Origin: Octopus vulgaris
Lineage: Eukaryota
Direction of reading: 5' to 3'
Assembly: GCA_951406725.2 (NCBI GenBank)
Contig: OX597816.1
Location: forward strand, 22,134,001-22,198,000
Length of the DNA stretch: 64,000 nucleotides
Each line of letters starts with the position of its first letter. The first letter of the stretch is position 1. The translations under genes were made by a program, and so were the position numbers. The notes beneath the pieces were generated by a model, which was not told the DNA's origin, searched no databases, and worked only from the letters and a program-made list of their open reading frames with translations. This document shows positions 53,705-64,000 of this stretch, piece after piece.

Positions 53705-54737
53705 GAGCTGGCAGAAACGTTAGCACGCCGGGCGAAATGCGTAGACGTATTTCGTCTACCGTTACGTTCTGAGTTCAAATTCCGCCGAGGTCGACTTTGC
53801 CTTTCATCCTTTCGGGGTGGATTAAATAAGTACCAGTTAAGCGCGGGGGTCAATGTATTTGACTTAATCCGTTTGTCTGTCCTTGTTTTTGCTCTCTGTG
53901 TTTAGTCCCTTGTGGGTAGTAAAGAAATAGGTATTTCGTCTGCCGCTACCTTCTGAGTTCAAATTCCGCCGAGGTCGACTTTGCCTTTCATCCATTCGGG
54001 GTGGATAAAATAAGTACCAGTTATGCGCGGGGGTCGATATAATTGACTTAATCCGTTTGTCTGTCCTTGTTTTTGCTCTCTGTGTATAGTCCCTTGTGGG
54101 TAGTAAAGAAATAGGCATTTTGTCTGCTGCTACCTTCTGAATTCAAATTCTGCCGAGGTCGACTTTGCCTTTCATCCTTTCATGGTCGATTAAATAAGTA
54201 CCAGTTATGCACTGGGGTCGATATAATCGACTTAATCCGTTTGTCTGTCCTTGTTTGTGTCCTCTATGTTTAGCCCCTTGTGGTTAGTAAGGAAATAGGT
54301 ATTTCGTGTATTTAGGGCGGCGAGATGGCAGAAGTGTTAGCACGCCGGGCGAAATGCTTAGCGGTATTTCGCCTGCCGCTACGTTCTGAGTTCAAATTCC
54401 GCCGAGGTCGACTTTGCCTTTCATCCTTTCGGGGTCGATTAAATAAGTACCAGTTACGCACTGGGGTCGATATAATCGACTTAATCCGTTTGTCTGTCCT
54501 TGTTTGTCCTCTCTGTGTTTAGCCCCTTGTGGGTAGTAAAGAAATAGAAATACGTATTTCGTCTTCCGCTATGTTCTAAGTTCAAATTCTGCCGAGGTCA
54601 ATTTTGCCTTTCATCCTTTCGGGGTCGATTAAATAAGTACCAGTTACGCATTGGGGTCGATATAATCGACTTAATCCATTTGACCGTCCTTGTTTGTTCC
54701 CTCTGTATGTAGACCCTTTTGGGCAGTAAAAAATAAG
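53705..54737 (+). mobile_element. Tandem array of SINE family B (2 heads, 5 body units)
   Basis: Units begin at 53747, 53931, 54115, 54364 and 54554 (184-190 bp period). Each unit has B box gagttcaaattcc. Confidence 0.93.
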
Positions 54738-55769
54738 AAAGCACTTATCGAATGAACCGTTCAGTTGAACTGAACCCGGAATGACATGGTTACATAGTGA
54801 GATTTTTACCACACAGTCATAACTGCGCATGTAGATACAACTCGAGAATGATTAACCCTACTGTGCTCACGTAAATAGTTGCGAGTATTCTTGTTTTCAC
54901 ACATATTGATTTCGTAATTTAGGGAAACGAGAAAACGTGACCAAATAGCTGTGACAGTAATATACACAATTCTGTATTCAACTTCAGTTTTATATTTTCA
55001 TTTTACAAGTGATATACTTGGGGTGAAAATGAGTTTTAAGGATAAGGATGACATTTACAAATCTTGCATTCACGTTCAAGCAGAAATACTATGAAATAAA
55101 CAAAGAGAAAATAGAGAAAACAGTCAAAGGTATAACCAGAAATAAAATAGCCAGTTCTATTTATTAAATTACATTTGAGGTTTAACATGTAAATGATTAA
55201 GTGTAAGTGTTAATGTAAGGAGTGTGGAAATGTTCAGAGGCTTTCGGGAAACGAACAATGAATTCACACGAATGATTTCGTAAAAAACTTTGAGCAAGTC
55301 AATAGAATTCCTGTACGTTCTCAAGCATTGCGATAGCCGTGATAATTCCAACAGTTGAAGAATTAAAAGATTCTATAAAATAAAGGAACCGCTTGACGTT
55401 AAGCTGTTTTCTGAATACAAGTGGAACCCTGGTGATTATCAATTTTAAAGTGCCCTAAAAATGCTGTTGTTCATAATTTAATGATTTCACAAGTGTTGTT
55501 CCCGATTTCACGCTAAAAGACAGGGAGATATTGAGTAGAAGAGATATTATAGCAAGTATACAATAGTAATATTGAAGGTGAAATATCAGTAGGTATATAC
55601 TGTATTTAAAACAGACATCTATATATGATATATAAGTTATTATTGTTTGATATTTAGAATTGTACGCCAAAAGGAGGAAAAACCAGCTTCTAGCGCATCA
55701 GCGTGTCATTCATCGCAACTTGCAGCACCAACGGTGTAATTATGTTCCTTAGCATATATGTATGGATGG

Positions 55770-56293
<524 letters not shown>

Positions 56294-57558
56294 TTATTTG
56301 TTTCAATCATTTGACTGAGACCATATAAACACACATACATCTATATATACATACGTATTATTTTTATTATGGTAGTGACTTCGAAGTTTTCTTTAGCTAA
56401 GCCATCGACGGACAATGGCTTAGCGGGTCGAAACTGAAGTCATTTTCAACAACATTATCTTGTAAAACTAATAAAGTTGTACTCTACGAAAGTAGAGTGT
56501 ATCCTATCAGATTAACGTAAAATTACTATATGTGGACATAAAAACAATCATTAATACACACACACACACACACACACTCATGCCAAAGGACCCCCACACA
56601 AAAACACAGGTGTCCACGTGTATATGGCTGTGTATGTGAATAGATGGATATATATCTACGCATGTACTTTGTCGCTACATGGCTTTCGGCGTTTCAAATG
56701 TGAGTGTTTATTTAATAAAAGTTGTAGACGACTGTTACGTATGATAGTGTGATATATTTAAATATCATATACCATGTTTAAATCTCCAGATATTTTTTTA
56801 TGTTCCCAATTTCTCGGTAGTATCAAATTTAATATCAGTTAACATTAATAATGTGAAAGTTGTAGTTTCCTAAATGCTTGATCGCATCAACTATTGATCT
56901 ATCACCATTTTCTTCTTAACGTTTCAGGTGGCGTTACTCTTTGAGTATCGGCAACTAATCTTACAAGTCCATACTCATTCAGCAAACACGCGTCTGACTT
57001 TGGTGCCCTCTAAAATTTCGCCTGTAAGTGCCGAAACCAGAATCGTCTGGCCTATATACTTAATTCTTTCTACTCTCTGCTACTTGCAATTGTCTCTTTC
57101 CAATGATTCAATTCATGTGTTGTGTATTTATTTTATAATAGACAGCAATTATTAATAGACCTGCTCGAGCAATGTTTAGCGTCAAACAATTTTTCTACTT
57201 TCGTCTCACCTCTATTAAATCTGGCGCACATCATAACCATTACAAACCTTTGCGATATCAAAGTGTAATTTCTTTCTTATTCGAGCAATTTTTCAAGCTA
57301 TATTTACGATAAATCAATTTCATTACAGAATTCATTTTTCTTTAATAGCAATTATTCTGGCAATAACCGTTCAAATGATGGAATAACAACACAATTTCAG
57401 GCATTTATGCTTGAACCAATCTTTTTACTATAATGTTCAGGCTGCGAGGTTAGTCTCTGCCTTGACAAAATTTACAGACTGATGCATATAAAATCTTACA
57501 CAGAAAGCAACAACCAGACAAGGATAAACGAGTATATATATATATATATATATATATA

Positions 57559-57757
57559 GGTATTCGAACATGAACAAAGAGAAAACATAACAAAGCGAGG
57601 ATGTGGGAACAAGTATAGTGTTATTGGACGCTCAGTAAAGGAAAGAAAGTAAGAGGATTTAACGCTTCGGGCGGAGCACTTCGTCAGAAAAATAGAAAAA
57701 AAAGGAAAGGTCCAAGGAAGGGAAGATGAAGAAAGAAAACCACCAACGTTACACACG
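57559..57757 (-). mobile_element. PLE terminal-repeat relic with degenerate HHR
   Basis: Minus strand ttt-CTGACGA-agtgctccgccc-GAAG-cg-TT-aaa (57658-57690). Abuts (TA)n. Confidence 0.6.
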
Positions 57758-57759
57758 CC

Positions 57760-58458
57760 GTCACCAAGACCACGAAAATGAAGATCTACCAGGCATGTGT
57801 ACTTAGCATTCTACTGTATGGAAGTGAGATTTGGACGCTATACACACGCCAAGAGCGTCGCCTAAACATCTTTCACCTGCGCTGCCTCCGGAAAATCCTT
57901 CGTATCAAATGGCAGAGTCATATCCCCAACAAAGATTTCCTCAAGCAAGCAGGAATACCAAGCATGTTTGGACTCCTCACAAAAAGACGTATGAGATGGC
58001 TTGGGCATGTCAGCCGTATGAAAAATAGCAGAATCCACAAGGACATACTCTACGGAGAGCTTGCTAGAGGTACTAGGTCTGTGGGTAGACCGTTCTTACG
58101 TTACAATGATGTTTGCAAAAGGGACATGAAGGCCTGCAACATCAATATTAACAGTTGGGAAGCAATTGCCAGCAACCGTGGAGATTGGCGACGTACCGTA
58201 AAAGAGGGAATACAAAAGAGTGACAGAGAGAGAGAGAGGGGAAAAATGGAAAGACAAGAAAAGACGCCAACAAGAACTATGACATTACAACCAACCAGGA
58301 ACAGTCTTCGCTACATTTGCGGTACCTACCAGAGGGAGTGTTTGTCCAGGATAGGACTACACAGCCACAGCAGGAAATGTATCAGGACATGAAATGTAAA
58401 AGCCGGACTAGACAATTTTATGCGCAACTCTATTGTCTCCCGAGACAAAAAGGATGCC

Positions 58459-58472
<14 letters not shown>
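57760..58472 (+). mobile_element. 3' fragment of an RTE/BovB-type LINE
   Basis: TKMKIYQACVLSILLYGSE.W, RMRWLGHVSRM, LYGEL, C..C.RECLSRIGLHSHSRKC, and a (CAA)n tail. Confidence 0.93.
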
Positions 58473-58511
<39 letters not shown>

Positions 58512-58529
58512 CAATGTGTGGTGTGTATG

Positions 58530-58554
<25 letters not shown>

Positions 58555-58560
<6 letters not shown>

Positions 58561-59502
58561 GTGCGATGAATAAATTGTCGCCTAAATTACGCGAAGATTA
58601 AAGTAACAATGACATTTCATTTTAACAGATATACTTACCAAAATCACATAAAAATATCTTAAAATATTAACGAGTAGATTTATTCAATAAAATCGCCATT
58701 GGCTTCAACTACGAACTCCAGACGACTTTGGAATCTCCTGCAGCTCTTCTGGACGGTCTCCTTGTTTGAGTTGGTGAATGCTGCCCTAATCCTTGCCTTC
58801 AGTTCATCTTTTGTGTCATAAGGGGTTTTGTTGGTCTTTTGCTCAACTGCGCCCCACATATTACAATAGGGATTGCAATCTGGGGAGATATGTGGCCAGA
58901 TTTTAGGGGTGATGTGGTTGCAGATATTGTCTGACAGCTATGATTGAGTTCTCCTGTTTTAAGTGGCACGATACAAGGTCATGTTGCCAGACATAGGGTC
59001 TTCCAGCGGCCACCCTCTTGACCGGAGGCAGCACTACCTCCTCGAAGCACTTGATATGTAGCCTTCCATATTGAGTCTAATGCCGTGTGGGAAGATGAAT
59101 GGAGTCATAAGTTTGCCATCTGTAGGAAACACGCCAAACACGATAATGTTGACTAGATTTTTGGTCTTTATCACACTCAGTTTTTCGTATTGATAGATGT
59201 TCGTATTGGACATTCTGGAACGAATGCTAAGCAGTACAGTATAACGTTTTGCAAATTACTGGCGGGATCATTGGCGTCATGGTACTGGTTTTCTCGCAGA
59301 CGATGCCCAACAGACCCCATTATACTGTGTAGTCGACAAAATCCAAAACAAACAATGCGCATGCGTGAGATGTAAGACATAAATGGCATATATATATGCA
59401 TGTATGTATATATATACATACATACATACATACATATATAGATGTATGTATGCATGTATGTATATAGACACACACGCATATACAATATTATGTGTAAGTA
59501 TG

Positions 59503-59534
<32 letters not shown>

Positions 59535-59573
59535 CATACCCACACATAATATTATATATGCGTGTGTGTCTAT

Positions 59574-59628
<55 letters not shown>

Positions 59629-59765
59629 CATATATGTATATGCATATATATGTATATATATATATATATGTGTGTGTGTGTGAGTGTGTGTATCTATATA
59701 TATATATATGTATATACGAGCAATACGCCGCCGTCCATTGAACGGTGCTGAGTTGTCAAACATTT
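58555..59765 (-). mobile_element. Internally deleted Tc1/mariner element, DD37D (maT)-like
   Basis: Minus-strand remnants YVWQHD, ITPKIWPHISPDCNP and TKDELKARIRAAFTNSNKETVQKSCRRFQSRLE. The terminus reads ta|caatggtgcgatgaataa. Confidence 0.75.
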
Positions 59766-62652
59766 GAACAAACTTTTCTCAAAACAACTTGTCCGTCCGT
59801 CCCATAAGCCTCCCCTTTGCGAAATACTGATTTAACCTAAATTTGAGACACCAGCAAAAGAAGAAATAAAGATACCCTGTTTTCTATTCCAATGAAAAAC
59901 GATTTTATTCACACAAATATGCAACCGAAGAGTTTAAAGTACCAGTAATGATAAGGCTGTTGACTGGGAGAACACAAACATGGTTTAAATAGTAAGCTTG
60001 GCAGGAAAGAAACGTTCCTTTAAGCAGTACAAAAACAAGTAAGAATGGAAGGTGCAGTTATGTACAGGTTGACGGAAAAAAAGCAGGACAAAAACGGCTT
60101 TATCTATTGCATTCTCACCTAGAATCAATAATTTTTTTTTTCAAGACTTATACACGCCGTAGACTTAATCATAAACATACAAAGCATATTTTGTATCTTT
60201 TACAAGCCTACTTTATACAAAATGTCCTTCACTTTCACCCACAATAAAAAGAAATCTACGAGAGTTTTGTCTGCTTTTTGCAGCATGCCATGCACAAACA
60301 CAATTTTTTTCGTCATGCCTACATTACACGTTATTTGTGAAGGTTGTTAAGAATAGCAGAAAAAATGCAGAGTAGCACAACGAGTCCACTGACAAGTCAG
60401 CGTTATTTCTGTCTTTAATACGGTATTCAATGCGACCTGTGTGGTGTTGGTTCTATTTCTTGACATTACATCTATATAAGTCGTTATGTTGATGCTATAT
60501 GTCAAATAAATATTCGTTCGTGGTGTAACGGATGCCAAAACTGTGGGTACACTCTGCTAGAAAACAAAAAATAGCGACACTCTTCCAATTTAGTGATTAA
60601 ATAAATCCCCATCATTCATTTTAATAACTAGTGATTCGAGCGCACAACTTAGTCCTTTACAGTAGTAACCCAAGGTATTATCTTAAAACTAGGATAACAC
60701 GATAAAATAGATAAAATTATTTTTACAATATAAAATAAGATGGACTGGTTATGGCCAATCTAATGAATATAAAAAATTAAGATGGACTGGTGACATTTAG
60801 AACTCAAGTCATCGCAGTTTATGTCACTGTCGAGTGAACGCTGACTAAATAACCACTAACGTATCAAAATTAGTTTATTTTAAGATCTGCTCCTTTTAAA
60901 ATGCATTCTCAAATAAAGCACATTTTTTCTTTTTGTGAAGATCAAGAAATTGAGAAGAAAAGGAATGAGAAGTATTGACACTTATGACTTTCGAAGTGGC
61001 CTTTCTTTTAGAAAACGAAAACAAAAATGAAATTTAGAAGGAAAGCAATTTTTAAAATTACTAGAATTGAAGATAATACATAAAACAGAAAAAAAATAAA
61101 TAAATGCGGATTAAATCAAAATGCAAGTGTGAAAATAATTTAACAAGATACTTGAGAAGTAATTCATTAGAGACAATCCAGAGGGGATGGATACAACAGG
61201 AACGTAGGAAATTAAAATAAAAAAATATAAGTACATTAATTATTTATTATTTTATTTAACTTGAAGCTTTGTGTTTTCTCAACGGATAATTTGGTTCTTT
61301 ATATTCACCATGACAAACAAATTATAAAATAGTGTTTTTTTTTTAAATTTTGAAAACAATTTCTTCATACGATATAGTGTAATTTCCTTTAAAAAAAAAT
61401 ATCTCGTTTCTTTTAAATTTGCATTTGAAGCGAAATCTGCCTTAAGTTGTGATAGAAATCGCATCAATAACCTTATAAGAACGCAAATTTTGTTTCTTCT
61501 ATATCTCGTGGTATTTATAATGTAGATTTATTTAGGTGTGTTTTATTTTATTGCATACATTAAATTTACTGAAATGTTCAGTGCTAGATAATTCCATTGT
61601 TTATCGTTTCAGTCAGATAATGCTAGAGCTTGTAGTGATGAGGAATGCTGTAAAAGAAATATAGGTAAAAAACATGTAGATGAATTTTCATCGAAAATGA
61701 TTTCACCTGACCGGGCATAAAATAATTAGATTTCGTTCTCAATTTTTAACCCGCCCAACCCATTTCTTTACTGAAAGGATTTTTATCGGAGAAAGAACTG
61801 GTAATATCTACTCTGTGAACATCAGAACTCACGACCAAGAGGCAACAATTTTTTTTAAAAAACTCATCTAACACGCAGTGTTTTACTGTCTAGGGTTCTT
61901 AAGTTTCTGAGATAAATTTTGCATTTCATCCTCCTGGGACAGATGAATGAAATAATAGTCAAGTACGATTACCCCTCCCGCCAAAATTGCACACTTTCGG
62001 CTGCTGTGCGGTATATACATATGCTGTAATAGATAAATAACATTGAAGTGGTTAATTAATTAATAATCATTACACCAGAGTCTTACATATTTAACCACGT
62101 ATAGTTAAATTCGGGGATATTATATGTTTCAATTTCTTGTTGTCCTACCAGATCGAATTAATATCACAATGGCATTTGTCTGATGCCTTTGTACAGGGAG
62201 GACGTGTAAGTTTGTTTATTGTCCATTTCGTTTTGGCTCTGAGTGATTCGCAAACTATTTTCATGAAAGATTGCTATTGCAACAAAATCTGCGTGTAAGA
62301 ATTCCACTATGGAACACAATTCATCAAGCCAAATCCAGCATAGAAATTTTAGACTTAAACTATTATTATACTAAAATGAAGTTCTTTAAGGGGTGTAAAA
62401 ATTAAAAATAAATGTACTTTAAAAGTGTTAGAGGTTATAAGAATGTTACAATTTAATTATAGAAACTCTAATCGCGTCGTTTGTTTTGCTACCGACGTCC
62501 GTTACAGAGCCGTAGTCATTCTATTTCTGGAGATTTCAAAGCAGACAACTAAACAAATTGTACTATTTGAGAGAAAACGATATCTATCATTAATAAATTA
62601 TTTGAAATAATTTGAACTATTCTAATTATTTTAACGAAAGTAAATTCTCCCC

Positions 62653-64000
62653 ATTATTTATATTTGGCGGATATTTGTCCTCATCTTGTTTGTTGTTAAC
62701 ACGTTTCGGCTGATATACGCTCCAGCCTTCATCGAGTGTCTTGGGGGAAATTTTGAACCTGGGTTCTCATTCCTAAGGTATTTTTCGATATTATTATTAT
62801 TCAGGTCACAGCCTGGAATAGAACTCGGAATCTTGCGGATAAGTAGCCCGCACTCTGTATTTTAGGGCTTATAAATCTAATATTTTTCAATCCTTCCTTA
62901 ATACCAGTTCCCATATGCTGTTCATATCTGCACTCGGTCTGCTTCTGAGGTTGTTGTGTCCTAGCTTATGCGCTGCTTTTAGTTTTTGTATTTTCCAGTG
63001 GTGTTCTGTCTATTATTCTAACTTCATACCATTTTCCATACATGATCAGCTCTACCCGATTTATCAATATCTCCTCGTGTCACAGCTTTGTGATGTTCGT
63101 CTAACCTTATTTTGAGGGGGCGGCATGGTTCGCCTATGTATAATCTACCACAGTTGCATGGGATGGAGTTGACGCAGGTTTTGGTCATATTCTCTTCTAA
63201 TGGTGGTTTTACTCGAATGAGATATTTGCGAAGTGTTGTATTACTCTTGAAAACTGTTATTTGGGCCGCGTAGCTTTTGTATATTTTCGGAGAGGCCTTT
63301 CACATAGGGTAGACTGACTGTGGACTGTTTATTGACCTCATCCTCACTCCTCTCTTCTTCATAAATGGAGTGGATAATATACTTTTGGGCGCATGGCTCA
63401 ATTGGTTAGAGCGTCGAGTTTACGATCGTGAGGTTGTAAGTTTCATTTCCGGACCGGGCTGCGTGTTGTGTTCTTGAGCAAGACACTATATTTCACGTTG
63501 ATCCAGTTCACTTAGCTGTAGAAATGAGCTGTGATGTCACAGGTGGCAAGCTGTATCGGTCTTTACCTTGCCCTTGGATAACATTGGTGGCATGGAGAGG
63601 AGAGGCTGGTAGGCTTGGGTGACTGCTGGCCTGCTATAAACAACCTTGCCCTGACTTGCGCCTTGGAGAGTAACTTTATAGGTGCTATCCCCTGGTCATT
63701 CATGACCGAAGGGGGTCTCCCCCGCCTGGTATACTTTTGGCGTAGTTGTTGCTTAAAAGATCGTTATTGAGCTTGATTATTTCTTCGTGTTATGTATCAC
63801 GATCGCTACTTATATTCTTTGTACGATGCTTTAGGCACTGAGCAATCCCTCTCTTTATACTGTATGGATGGTGGGAATTGAAGTTGAGGTATCGTTCAGT
63901 AAATGTCGGCTTGCGGTATACGGATGTCCTGAATCCATACTTGGTGCGTGTTAAAAAAAAAAGACAATCAGCCTGCATTCCTGGACATATTAATACCACG
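62653..64000 (-). mobile_element. Penelope-like retroelement, Poseidon-like clade (3' part, decayed, runs off the window)
   Basis: TSVYRKPTFTERYLNFNSHHP..KRG, LPYVKGLSE, IPCNCGRLYIGE..RPLKIRLDEH, SG.ADHVW. A tRNA-like/HHR module follows at 62653-62856. Confidence 0.88.
63389..63729 (+). mobile_element. tRNA-derived SINE family C inserted in the Poseidon-like PLE
   Basis: 11-bp target duplication tatacttttgg at 63378-63388 and 63730-63740. Confidence 0.92.

Noticed and set aside
53705-54737. CRISPR-like array
   Set aside because: Units are 184-bp full repeats with no unique spacers, they are SINE-derived, and the context is eukaryotic with no cas genes.

Overview
AT-rich, microsatellite-laden eukaryotic DNA, most likely a cephalopod (Octopus-like) intron or intergenic region. 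The organism call rests on repeat content and is an inference. No multi-exon host gene can be firmly called, and most listed ORFs are translations of (TA)n/(CA)n tracts. The window is dominated by mobile elements. There are three Penelope-like retroelements (PLEs) of different clades: Neptune-like 4023-7690 (+), Naiad-like 7855-12443 (+) and Poseidon-like 62653-64000 (-). The first two are nested in tandem inside the TA tract of a pogo/Tigger-like MITE. Also present are a mariner split by a LINE, a DD37D-like Tc1/mariner relic, three non-autonomous Helitrons, RTE, CR1-like and HERO-like LINE fragments, and four tRNA-derived SINE families. The most notable theme is self-cleaving RNA, with about a dozen hammerhead (HHR) motifs. 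These include recurrent core variants (CCGAAGA, CUGUGGA), a non-circularly permuted HHR in a HERO-like 3' UTR, and a tRNA-like (pol III) + (AAT)n + HHR module that appears to be the terminal repeat of the Poseidon-like PLE and also occurs alone. The Neptune-like PLE also has a candidate -1 ribosomal frameshift.
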